From the NCBI GenBank assembly GCA_951406725.2, contig OX597838.1:10168001-10232000 (forward strand): DNA of 64,000 nt, written 5' to 3'. A program made the translations under genes and the position numbers. The number at the start of each line of letters is the position of its first letter. Position 1 is the first letter of the stretch. The DNA comes from Octopus vulgaris. Its lineage: Eukaryota. Positions 35,663 through 50,350 of the stretch are shown one piece after another. The notes beneath the pieces were generated by a model. It was not told where the DNA came from. It searched no databases and saw only the letters and a program-made list of their open reading frames with translations.

Positions 35663-37099
35663 GGCAGATTAGTAACTGGTGATAGAAGGTGAATCTTTTA
35701 CAAGAAAGTTTAGCAATGCTGACAATGAGTTACTGAAAACAAACAGGCTAGATCACAACCCAAAGTGACCTCCATCCGTGGAAAGTGTTGCTTAATGTTT
35801 GGTGGGAATGTGTTGGCATGATCAATAATTACAGCAGGCATTTTCTGTTACCTGTTAGAATCTGAACCATTTCACATTCAGATTCCTCAGTAAAATGTAA
35901 TGTTTATTTATATACATTGATATAGGCGCAGGAGTGGCTGTGTGGTAAGTAGCTTGTTTACCAACCACATGGTTCCGGGTTCAGTCCCACTGCGTGGCAC
36001 CTTGGGCAAGTGTCTTTTGCTATAGCCTCGGGCCGACCAAAGCCTTGTGAGTGGATTTGGTAGACGGAAACTGAAAGAAGCCCGTCGTATATATGTATAT
36101 ATATATATGCGTGTGTGTGTTCGTGTGTCTGTGTTTGTCCCCCTAGCATTGCTTGACAACCGATGCTGGTGTGTTTACGTCTCCGCTACTTAGCGGTTCG
36201 GCAAAAGAGACCGATAGAATAAGTACTGGGCTTACAAAAGAATAAGTCCCGGGGTCGAGTTGCTCGATTAAAGGTGGTGCTCCAGCATGGCCGCAGTCAA
36301 ATGACTGAAACAAGTAAAAGAATAAAAGAGTAAAAGAGAGTAAGCACCAGTTTAATAATGACAAAGTTATTATACTATGTTCTTTATTATCTGAAAGATT
36401 AATTGTAATAAAGGCAATATATTTCAACAGAAATATAACAAGAGGGGTAAACACTACTTTTGAAGGGAAAAAACCCCTCATACAGCAAAGATCATATCTG
36501 AAAGGAGTGAAGATCTCAGCTGGGGAAAAAATTTCAAGCTTTCCTAATTCACTAGACTCCATCTGATTACCAACTATTATGATGTTAAGACGATCATCTT
36601 GGAGGACTAATCCTTAAACCACACAAAGAAACGGGAATAGTTCTCTTTACATTCTTTTCCACTAAACCAAAAGAATTCTACACAAATGGCCTTAATAAAC
36701 TTATAAATCACTGCAAAGATGTCACAGTGATGAAGATGGTAACCATGTTCATGGCTGAATTCCAGTAAGAAATTTGAAGATTATTTTCTTCTTACCCAAT
36801 ATTTTTTACTGATGAGGTGACTGTGTGTGTATGTGTGTGCAAGTGAGATCATATTTGCCATCACCTTTCACACAGTTTCATTGGTTCTATGTAATAAAAA
36901 GCCACACTTTGTTCAGACAGTGTCCTTTGCTAGCAGTTTACTGTGCAAACGATTTTTTGCTTATGGATCCCCTTGAATCCTATTTACTCTACTGGACCTC
37001 CATTGCCATTCAACATGTAGAAAAGAAATTCTATTGTATTTTTATAATTAAATATCATCAGGAACTGTATAAAATATTGTGTATCCTCATCATGAAATT

Positions 37100-40000
37100 T
37101 TATGAGAGGGAGGAGGAGCTACAGACCTCGGACATCGAAGGTAGCTGGAAATTCCTATGGGACAGCTTACTGAGTGCCACAGACTAAGTTTGCGGATGGT
37201 GCTAAGTCCTTTCCAGACCTAGAGTAACATAGTGGTGGAAGAATACGTTAGACAAAGCCATCAGAGCAAAGAGACAGGCCTGCAAAACCTTGAAGGGTGG
37301 AGGTAGCAGGGAACTGTACCAGACAGCCAGAAGGGAGGCTGAGCGACAGGTATACATAGTCAAGGGCGAAGCAGAAAAGAAGAAGTTTGCCAACGTCCAG
37401 CAATGTGAGGACCAAAGAACTGAGGTATTTCGGATTGCAAGACAGCGTGTGAGAGAAAATTGTGATGGCACAGGAGAGAAATGTGTCCGCATGGATGATG
37501 GTGCACTTGCTTTTAATGATTCGGAAAAAGAAAGAGACTTGTGACACCCTCTTGCTGACTACCTCGTCGACGAATGACAGGGACCTTCTCTTTGTGGCTG
37601 GTGATTTTAATGGACATGTTGGCAACATGTAGGGAGCTTCCATGGCATACATGGAGGCTATGGTTTTGGTTCCCGCAATGGGGGAGGGAACCAGGCTGCT
37701 GGAGTTCTGCGATGCAAATGATCTTATGGTTTGGGTTTGCAATACTAACTTCAGGAATACTAACTGCCATTCACCTAGTCACCTACCGATCTGGTAGACA
37801 CACTAGTCAGATTGACTACATCCTCACCAGGAAAAGGGAAAGATGGCTACTTATAAATGCCAAAACTTTCTCAGGCGAAGAATGTACCCCACAACATAGA
37901 CTAGTAGTTAGTGACTTCAGGATCAGGGTTAAATGGATGCCCAGAAGATGACCAGCATAGAGGGGAAGGGTCTGGAAGCTTAAAGATCCGAGTTACTCCC
38001 GCCATTTGCCCGCGCTTCATCCGACGTGAGTTTTCTCTCCAACTGACTCGGAGCAGCAGAAATCGTGTTCGTGCACTGACCAACCGGCCGGCACACGCAC
38101 TCATGCTCCATACCGCTGACGACTAAGAACTCGATACCCGTCGACCGCCGCCTCGGCTGCGTGCCTAACACACGGACACACACACTCACAGTCGATATCA
38201 CTATTTTCAATGGACAGAGATTTAGAGACATATTACTCAAAGCTTTTGATGAAATAGAGAGGGATATAGCATCACATGACATGGAAGACAACTGGAGGTT
38301 TCTACAGGATAACCTGCTGAGGGCAACTGACCAGATCTGTGGATGGTGCAAAGTCCCCTCTCAACCCAAGGTAACGTGGTGGTTGAACAATGTTGTTGAC
38401 AGGCCATTAGGGAAGAGAAACAGGTTTGGAAGGAATGGAAGAATGGTGGTAGCAGGAAATTGTATCTGACTGCCAAAAGGGAAGCTAGGAGACAGGTTTA
38501 TTTAGCCAGGGGAGAAACAGATAAGAAAATATTTGCCAGTGTTCTGTGCCGTGAGGACCAAACACTTGAGGTATTTCATGATGTGAGACAGAGTCTGAGA
38601 GAGAATCGTGATGTCAAAGGAGGAAAATGTGTTCGCATGGATGATGGTTCACTTGCATTAAACAAAGCTGCAAAGAGAGAAGTATGGAGACGCCACTATG
38701 AAAGATTCCTAAATAAAGAGAATGAATGGGAGAAAGAGAACATGCCAAATGCTGACCCAACAGAGGGACCAGCTATCCAAATTGACAGTGCCTTGGTAGA
38801 TAAAGCAATTACACGTATGAAGACAAGGAAAGCCCCTGGCCCATCAGGAATCACTGCAGAGATGCTCAAAATATCTGGTAGTGTTGGCTATAGCCTAGTC
38901 AACCAGGTGATACATGAAGGAATCATACCCAATGACTGGTGTAGCAGCACCATAGTCAACTGCTACAAAGATAAAGGCGATGCATTAGATACAAATAATT
39001 ACAGAGGTATCAAGCTGTTGGATCAGGTAATGAAAGTTACGGGGAGGGTTTAGCCCAACTAATTAGGGAGATGGTCAGTCTAGATGAGATGCAATTTGGG
39101 TTTGTGCCAGGCAAAAGCACCATTGATGCTATATTTCTGGTAAGACAGCTGCAGGAGAAATACCTAGCCAAAGATAAACCCCTGTACCTAGCTTTCGTTG
39201 GCATGGAGAAAGCCTTTGACAGGGTCCCCCGATCCCTTATCTGGTGGTCAATGAGGAAACTAGGGATCGATGAATGGTTAGTGAGAGCTGTGCAAGCCAT
39301 GTACAGGGACGCTGTCAGTAAGGTGAGGGTTGGCAACGAGTACAGTGAAGAATTCCAGGTAGAGGTAGGGGTCCACCAAGATTCAATCCTCAGCCCCCTC
39401 CTATTTATCATAGTCCTCCTGGCAATAAGACAAATTCAAGACAGGATGCCCCTGGGAGCTCCTCTATGCTGATGACCTTATTGCTGAGTCATTATCAGAA
39501 CTAGAGGAGAAGCTTCAGGTGTGGAAGCAACGATTAGAATCAAAGGGCCTTAGAGTCAACCTAGCTAAAACCAAAGTCTTATTAAGTAGGAAGGCAGGCA
39601 AACCACAAATCCCTTCAGGTAGATGGCCCTGCTCGATCTGTAGAAAAGGCGTAGGTAGAAACTCCATAAGATGTACCCAGTGTAAGCTATGGACACATAA
39701 GAGGTGCAGCAATATCAAAGGAAGGCTAACTGGGAAGATAGTTTTTGTATGTGGCAGATGCTCAGGAGCAATAAAAACTGGAAATGTGCAGAGAACAACT
39801 TCTGTCACATTCCAGGGAGAAAAACTAGAAGTGGTTGACAGGTTCCATTACCTAGGTGACCAAGTCAGTAGCAGGGGTGGATGCTCTGAAAGTGTAGCTG
39901 CTAGAATAAGAGTAGCCTGGGCAAAGTTCAGAGAGCTCCTACCTCTGCTGGTAACAAAGGGCCTCTCACTCAGAGTAAACGGTAGACTGTATGATGCATG

Positions 40001-40965
40001 TGTATGAACAGCCATGCTACATGGCAGTGAAACATGGGCGGTGACTGCTGAGGACATGCATAAGCTTGCAAGGAATGAAGCCAGTATATTCCACTGGATG
40101 TGTCATGTCAGTATACATACACGACAGAGTGTAAGCACCTTGAGAGAAAAGTTGGACCTAAGAAGCATCAGATGTAGTGTGCAAGAGAGATGACTGCACT
40201 GGTATGGACATGTGGTGCAAATGGATGAGGACAGCTGTGTGAAAAAGCGTCACACCCTAGCAGTTGAGGGAATCTGTGGAAGAGGTACACCCAGGAAGAC
40301 CTGGGATGAGGTGGTGAAGCACGACCTTTGAACATTGGGCCTCAGCAAGGCAATGACAAGTGACTGAGACCTTTGGAAATATGCTGTGCTTCAGAAGACC
40401 CGGCAAGCCAAGTGAGACCATAACCCATGGCCTATACCAGCGGTGTAACCAGCCTACTTATGCGATGCTTGCAAAGACCGGTTGAGGCAAGTGAAATCAC
40501 AATCAAAATCAAATTTGCTGACCTGGCCAATGACAGCACCGCCTGAAGGGCACCCGTGCCAGTGGAACGCTAGAAGCACCATCCGAGCGTAGTCATTACC
40601 AGGGCTGCTGACTGGCTCCTGTGCCATTTCACATAAAAAGCACCAATTGAGCATGAATGTTACCAGCATCGCCTTACTGGCACTTGTGCTGGTGGCACAT
40701 GAAAAACAACATTGGAGCAAGGTCATTGCCAGTGCCACTGGACTGTGCAGGTGACATAAAAAACACCATTTGAGTGTAGCCATCGCCAGTACCGCCTGAC
40801 TACATTACACTACCAGAGTGGTTGGCGTTAGGAAAGGCATCGAGCTGTAGAAACTCTGTCAGTTCAGATTGGAGTCTGGAGCAGCCATCTGGCTTGCCAG
40901 TCCTCAGTCAAACCGTCCAATCGATACCAGCATGGAAAGCGGACATTAAACGATGATGATGATGA
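37100..40965 (+). mobile_element. Rearranged, decayed RTE-clade LINE (AP endonuclease, RT, PHD-like finger, 3'UTR, (GAT)n tail)
   Basis: AGDFNGHVG and SQIDYIL (APE); KAPGPSGITAEMLK, NYRGIKLL, QFGFVPGKSTIDAIF, KAFDRVPR, LYADDL (RT); WPCSICRKGVGRNSIRCTQCKLWTHKRC; multiple frameshifts and stops. Confidence 0.92.
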
Positions 40966-41391
40966 CATGTATATATATATATATATACATATCATCAATA
41001 TAAGCAACAAGGATATCCAAGGTATCCTTGTTGCTTATTTTGATTATAATCACCCCATTTAATTTATATGGATAATACCATACAAAATTCTGATGCCTTT
41101 AACTTAAGTACCATATTCATCTGAATCTAAATTTTGCTGAACTATATATTATATATATATATATATATACACACACACATATATATACATATATATATAT
41201 ATACACACACACATATATATACATATATATACACACATATATATACATATATATATATACACACATATATATACATACATATCTCTATACACATACCTAT
41301 ATATACATCTTTCTATACACATACCTATATATACATCTCTCTATACACATATCTATATATACACATATATGTATACATATGCTGTTTCAGA

Positions 41392-41895
41392 ACGGGTGTG
41401 TCAGAAATGGTTCGCTTGATTTCAATCAGGGAATTTTTCAGTAAGAGATGCACCTCGCTCTGACTGGCGAAAAGAAATTTACATCGACCAACTGAGAACT
41501 ATAGTCAAACAAGACTGCAGTCTTACAACCAGACAAATTGCAGATATTCTTAACATATCCAAAACAAGTGTGGAAAATGAATTGCATAAACTTGGTTCCG
41601 TTTCTAAACTTGATGTTTGGGTTCCCCATAAATTGACAGAAGCAAATCTTGTCCAGAGGGTTTCCATTTGCGATTCATTACGGAAAAGGGAAAGCAACAA
41701 ACCCTTTTTGAGAAGAATTGTCACTGGAGATGAAAAGTGGGTAATTTACAATAACGTGAAACAAAGAAGATCATGGAAAAAAGCAGGGGATTCTCCAAAA
41801 CGAACACCCCAAGCAGGTCTTCACCCAAAGAAAGTTCTGTTATCGATATGGTGGGATTGGAAGGGTGTTATCTTTTTTGAACTTCTTCCCTTGAA
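41392..41895 (+). mobile_element. Mariner transposase fragment
   Basis: WVPHKLTEANLVQRVSICDSL...RIVTGDEKWVIYNN...HPKKVLLSIWWDWKGVIFFELL; truncated at ~41895. Confidence 0.88.
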
Positions 41896-42230
41896 TAAAA
41901 GAGATTCTCAGAGAGGACTGGCCGAAATTTCTCTCCACACCAGACATTGACATGAAACTAGAATGTTTCATGTCTTCTGTGCAAGCCATATGCCAGAAAT
42001 ATGTCCCAGAGCACAAGGCCAAAACAAATAGGAGCAAGACTGTAGCGGTTTTTAAATCAAAGCTGGACATCTTCCTGTCGAGAGTCGCAGATGAACCAAC
42101 CTCACGGCAAGAGGTGCAAATGAGGGTAGCTATATCAAACTGCATTCTTCACCAAGTGCCACATATTAGAGGAGGCTCTTAGTAATAACAGTGTAGCACA
42201 AAACGGCAGTGCATCAGCATGGCCGCAGCT
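41896..42230 (+). mobile_element. CR1-like LINE 3' fragment
   Basis: VAVFKSKLDIFLSRVADEP resembles the CR1 ORF2 C-terminus. Confidence 0.55.
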
Positions 42231-42246
42231 CTGAGCAGAAAAAAGA

Positions 42247-42288
<42 letters not shown>

Positions 42289-43055
42289 CTCGTTTCAGCT
42301 CAGAGCTGCGGACAATCATTACAACATCAAATACAATGTGAAACATAGCAGATACATTAAAGAAAATAACATGCAACAGAATCAACAAGAAAACAACAAA
42401 ACAAAGCATGCAGGTACAACACAGTCCGGAGACGAACAGTTCAAATCAAAACAGTACAATGTTCTACATTAAAGTCTTTCTCTTTCTTTTTCTCTTTAAC
42501 AACTCTTTTCAATGTTCATTACAATCTCATTTCTTTTCTTCCTCCTTTCCTTCTTTCTTTTTCTTTTGACACATCAATTCTTTTTTAGTTCAACAATTTC
42601 TTTTTTTCTCTTCATCACAGATTACAATTTATGTCACAATTCTTTCTTTTACATTTCACATCAAAAGACAAACAAAACTTTACAGTTACATTTTCTAGTT
42701 ACAATAGCCGTGCCTTTCCGCCGTAATCCCTCTCTTTCGCTCTACATGTTCCCAATGCTACCTGTCTGTCTTCCTCTATGTTGTCATCCTCTCGCTTGTC
42801 ATCTCCCACATTCACCGTCTCCAGCAGACTGCTAAACTGCCCCGTTGCCAAACTGACCACGATCCCAACTCACTCTGCTTTTTAAAGGGTGGTTTCTTAA
42901 ACTTTCCCTGACCGGAAAAGGGCAGAGGTCTCTTCGAAACTTGTTAATCTTTCCAGAAAATGGCAGAACATAAGCTTTAGCCGTCTGTTTGACGCCAACT
43001 GCCAAAACCAGGCCACGAGCACTCTGTTTCTCAACTGACCTCCATATCAATATAA

Positions 43056-43086
<31 letters not shown>

Positions 43087-43584
43087 TAGTTACAAATTGA
43101 GATAGGGGTTGTAAATGCAACCTTCCATGGGATAACATATATCCAATATACTGCTAGTGAAGTACCCAACAAAGTTAATACATAAATGTTAATGATTGCG
43201 ATGCAATCAATTCATTTGCTGTATTATATGGGCAAAGGTAAAATGATTTACCAACTATATATTGACCTACCATAAAAGGTCAATGAGACATACTTATCTA
43301 CATGGCCGAAACAGCTGTAAGATGTAATCTATACTTATATTTACTTATATTTATATTCTCTTTTATATATATTCTACTTATTATACAATATTACTCTTTT
43401 ATGTACATTTTATTATGTACAACCCATGCTAGCATGGAAAGCGGACGTTAAATGATGATGATTCCTTTATGTACACTGATTTGTTCTGCTTTTCATATTT
43501 AACCCTACAGTCTCTTATGTGGTGGTTTAATAAAGTATGTGATTGAGTATTACCTGGGAATTGATATTTGATTTAGATGTATTT

Positions 43585-45420
<1,836 letters not shown>

Positions 45421-45825
45421 TGTATACGTACATACATACACTCCCACACACATAAAAAGGAGACATGCTTGATAAAAAACGTAGAGTTTAATAATTATTA
45501 AAAGCAGAAATCGATGCAGTCTTAATTGTTGTTATGACATTTTACAAGTATGGCCTTGTACATACAAACATAAAACACACACACACGCACACATGTGTGT
45601 ATGCTAGATATAAATAGAGGGAGTTGCGAGTCAGGGGACAGATAGAGGCAAAAAGTGAGAGGAAGATAGATAGACCACAGAATGATAGATAGATAGGCAG
45701 AAAGTAAAATAGACAGACAGGAGAGAGGGGGAGGGAGAGAGAGGGGAGAGAGAGACAGCTAGAAAGTAAAATAGTTAGATAGATAGATAGCAAGAAAGTA
45801 AGATAGATTGATAGATAGATAGATA

Positions 45826-45896
45826 TGTTTCTTTATTAGCCACACAGGGCTGCACACAGATAGAACAAATTACAAGGTAGAGCTTTTCTTTTGAAG

Positions 45897-45930
<34 letters not shown>

Positions 45931-46587
45931 AAGGGGGAGTTTCGATCAAAAGGGATGGTAAAAGGAGAGAAAGAGGACAAAAAAAGGGGGGTTAAAAAAA
46001 AAAGGGGGAGAGAAAAAAAAAAATTGATCAATAGGGATCGTTATCACAGAAATGTCAATATGAAGTGTAAAGGGGAGGACAGGTGAGGTTTACCCGTGGA
46101 AAGAAAAGCCTACGGAAAAGACCACGGTAACCTCGGTCAATGAAGTCACATTTTATATTTCTTTTTTTTTTTTTTTTTTTGCAAATAAGCAACTCTCTGT
46201 TTTCGATTTCTGGGTTCATAGGACTATGCTCAAGGTGGCTTCGTCATTCATACGTGCCATTCTTGCTACATTCACCCATCTTTTTTTAAAACATTCGCTA
46301 GACAAAACTTGCCTCTCTACTCTCACTTTCCTTTTCAAGTGGTACTTGAAGAAGTTGATGAGAGATTGACCAGAGAGGAAAGTGTTTGTCTCCAATCCTT
46401 TCAGACGCGTCCACCAGATACATTCTTTCGCCATAGCCACAAGGATGATGAAAATAGCTCTTCCTTCCCGTTTGAAGGAAGGAGGCGTGACAATATTGAC
46501 GATAGACTCAGCTGATAAACCGACTCGTCCCACACGTGACAGCAGTTGTTCGACATAAGCCCACAGGTCGGAAATTGTTGGGCACTG
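45826..46587 (-). mobile_element. 5'-truncated L1/Tx1-clade LINE 3' end inserted in a (GATA)n array
   Basis: Open frame QCPTISDLWAYVEQLLSR...ILVAMAKECIWWTRLKG...FKKRW typical of the Tx1/L1 ORF2 C-terminus; pyrimidine-rich 3'UTR ending AATAAAGAAACA; GATA repeats on both sides. Confidence 0.75.
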
Positions 46588-46601
46588 ATAGATAGATAGC
46601 C

Positions 46602-46639
<38 letters not shown>

Positions 46640-46669
46640 CCAGAAAGATAGATAGATAGCCAGAAAGAC

Positions 46670-46715
<46 letters not shown>

Positions 46716-46717
46716 TC

Positions 46718-46775
<58 letters not shown>

Positions 46776-46885
46776 GCAGAAAGACAGATAGATAGATAGA
46801 TAGATAGGCAGAAAGACAGATAGATAGATAGATAGATAGATAGATAGGCAGAAAGACAGATAGATAGATAGATAGGCAGAAAGAC

Positions 46886-46919
<34 letters not shown>

Positions 46920-46969
46920 GCAGAAAGACAGATAGATAGATAGATAGATAGGTAGATAGGCAGAAAGAC

Positions 46970-47007
<38 letters not shown>

Positions 47008-47053
47008 GCAGAAAGACAGATAGATAGATAGATAGATAGATAGGCAGAAAGAC

Positions 47054-47127
<74 letters not shown>

Positions 47128-47160
47128 CCAGAAAGATAGATGGATAGATAGATAGATAGA
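46588..47160. repeat. (GATA)n array with recurring GGCAGAAAGACA interruptions
   Basis: Directly visible higher-order microsatellite. Confidence 0.95.
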
Positions 47161-47810
47161 TTTATATATGACTAGTCTTTCGGAATAGCTGTATGCTTGC
47201 ATGTCTTTATACATACATGCCCTTTTTTGGGGGGGTTTTATCCAAATTTCTATGATGTTATTTCAATTATTTTTCTTCTAGATAGATAGATAAAGAGAGT
47301 AGGACAGACAGACAGACAGAAAAATAGCACAGCAGACAGAAAGCGTGACAGACGGGTAGATAGGACAAGAAAGGCAGATATACAGCAGATGATGATGAGA
47401 CAGACGACAGCAAGACAGATATACAGTCAGATATACAGGCAGACGACAAGGCAAATAGACAGCACAGATCGATATATAGATAGATAGATCTGTTTCAATT
47501 TTTAACGTATAGTCTCTGACATGATACGTAAAATGATGGTTGTTGACGATGTCGGTTTTTAGCCAGACAGCGACTGCAACTAGTTGTCGGAAATCTCTCA
47601 TGTTCACCACACACATCACACAATCACACACACACCGCATCTGCATCTGCATCCATACAAAACCGTTCACGTCTTCATAGATTTTTCAGCCATTCAGTCA
47701 AGTCATGGTTGTCTCCAAAAAAGACGAAGAAAAATGGAGAAAGACAAAAACAAGTTTGAATGGAATCGATGACGAAATAAATTTCAATATATGTGTGAGT
47801 GTGTGTGCGC

Positions 47811-47869
<59 letters not shown>

Positions 47870-48115
47870 GAAAGCGTGTGTAATATATAAAATCTGGGGT
47901 GGAAAAAAAATGTGTGAAGAGATGACAAATGTGTCTGTCGTCTGTTTGAAGAGGGAGGATAATCATCTGTTGAGAAAAATGTGTCGTGTGTCTGTCATTA
48001 TAAGGAAAAGAATTGAAATAACATCATAGAAATTTGGATAAAAACCCCAAAATAGGGCATGTATGTATAAAGACATGCAAACATAGAGCTATTCCGAAAG
48101 ACCAGCCATATATAA

Positions 48116-48165
<50 letters not shown>

Positions 48166-48259
48166 GCGCGCGTGCAGACATACCTATATATACATACACA
48201 CACGCAGACAGACATGAATTCATACACGAAATGCTTTGTGTTCAATAATTTGAGAGAGA

Positions 48260-48347
<88 letters not shown>

Positions 48348-48514
48348 AGGGAGAAAGAGAGAAATGTCCATACATATACACACACACATATATATATATA
48401 TTAAAATATCCATGAAGGAATTTAAACACCTGAACGCAGAAGGAATCTAATCAACTAAATAAAAACCTTTAAAAATTTTTGAGAAAAAAAAAAAAAGACA
48501 TAAATGGAACTACT

Positions 48515-48556
<42 letters not shown>

Positions 48557-50170
48557 CTATTGTTTATAAATCAATCAGTAAATTGAGAGAGCTTTATCGA
48601 TTACGTAAGATCCCTTGAATATTCGAATGTAGCAGAGATATTGGTGTGGCATTTTTGTGTGATTATTATTATTATTATTATTATTATAATTTTTTAATTA
48701 AAAATAGTGTTGAAATAAATACATGAAATATCTCCCCCTGAAAGTAAAAAAAAAAACTAATCAATCGATACTACAGAAAAAAAGAGAAATCAATCAATCA
48801 ACATATTTTGTCTGTTGATAAGTAAAGTATTATGCAAAGTAAAAATGGTAATAATAAAATAGCAGTAAGTAAGAAGGAAACTGCTGTGTCTGTGTCTTGT
48901 TTCTTCTCCTCCATAGTTATAAAACGTGGTGCAAGAAGAGACAAGCTTCTCTTTTCTCTGTTCGTTCTTCGTATAAAAGCTCGGTCGTCGACAAAGAGTA
49001 AGGAATGAAGAAGAAAAAAAAAAGGCCGTCATCAATCAAATCTTTCACATGTAACAAACAAACACCGTTTAAATATTTATTGTGGAACAGTTTTGTGGGA
49101 TTCGAAAAAAAATCCATCCAGCAGCGCTGACACGAAAACCAAATAAATAATTAATAATAATATCATTACTAATATATAATATATAATATATAAATGGTTT
49201 TTGATTTTGGCACAAGGCCAACTATTTTTTTCAAAAAATTTCTTTTAAGGAGAATGGGGGGAAAAATCAGGCGATATCAGAGAATAGGACAAATACCAGA
49301 GACAAATAGGACAAATCACCCAAGTATTTAACTGGTACTTTTATTTTATCGACCCCTTCAAACCCCTTCAAAAAAGGATGAAAGGCAAAGTCAACCTCGG
49401 CTGGGATTTGAACTCAGAACGTCAAGAGGTAAAGAATTGGAACATCGCAAGGCATTTTTTTCTGACGTTCAAACAAATTCTTCTTTGTAACCTATCGCCC
49501 TAATTATAATATTTTTGTGCTTTTCTTAGCCGGAGGGTCCTTTTATAATAAATAAATAATGCTTGGATTATTAGTCTTTCCAGTGAGAGAGAAAGAGTCA
49601 CCAGTAGTAATTAATAATAATAAGCAAGAATTAGGGGAACTCGGCTTCTTCCTTGTGGCCCAGTTCACATTATTTATTTTATTTTTCCTCAGATTCCACG
49701 TTGTGAAATCTCAGTGAAATTCCTCCTCTTATGGCGTATTTAGAAGGAAAAAAGCAAAAGAAAAAAGAACAAGAAAAACCGAAATTGCACCTTCGCTTTC
49801 TCTCGTTCCAGCAATCATTATTTAAAAACAGTTTACACAAATTCCACATATCTAAATAATCCGAGCATTTATTTGGCTCCTTTTAAAATCGATACATCGA
49901 TATTCAAATAGCCATATATCATCATCATACATGATGATGACAGACGGCCAAATCGCTTCGCTTTTTGCCCTTCTTTCCCCCTTCTAAACGCCATCAAAAC
50001 AAACCGGCCTTTGCGCTGTTTATATCATATTTTTTTCCGCCTCGCCGTTAAATGCATTTTTGCCTTCTTTTTTTCCCCCGCCGCCTCTTGAATTAAATAT
50101 CATTAAGGAATGTACGTATATACGAAAAGAAGAAACGGTCATCTGAGAATCAAATGGGTGTAAGACTTAC

Positions 50171-50350
50171 GGTGAATACGTAACATTTTCCAAGGGTTTC
50201 CGAGCCGCTCTCTGTTCCTTAACGAGAACCCAGGGACTGTTGTTGTTGTCATGTGTGTAAACTCGGATAAGAATAAACATGCGTCTCTCGCAGTTATCTG
50301 CCCTTGGTTTCTAATGGCATAGAAAGGGAGAGGCGGCGGGGGAAACGGAT
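50171..50350 (-). promoter_or_regulatory. Predicted distal first exon and promoter of the zinc-finger gene
   Basis: Donor ACC|GTAAGT at 50170; CpG-rich unique sequence; GC-box-like CCCCCGCCGCC and ETS-like CGGATGT near the 5' end; sits near the transition from CpG-rich to CpG-depleted DNA. The TSS is approximate. Confidence 0.6.

Noticed and set aside
35095-36800. Possible separate gene exons inside the long intron
   Set aside because: The sequence shares blocks with other Penelope-like remnants and gives no coherent spliced ORF.
46216-47214. 332-aa ORF as a gene
   Set aside because: N-terminal two thirds is (TATC)n read-through; only the C-terminus is a LINE remnant.
50171-50280. Alternative exon-1 frame MFILIRVYTHD...NVTYSP (phase 2)
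   Set aside because: Terminates within 2-7 codons at the 11459 and 17563 acceptors; kept only as a competing uORF that cannot be ranked without conservation data.
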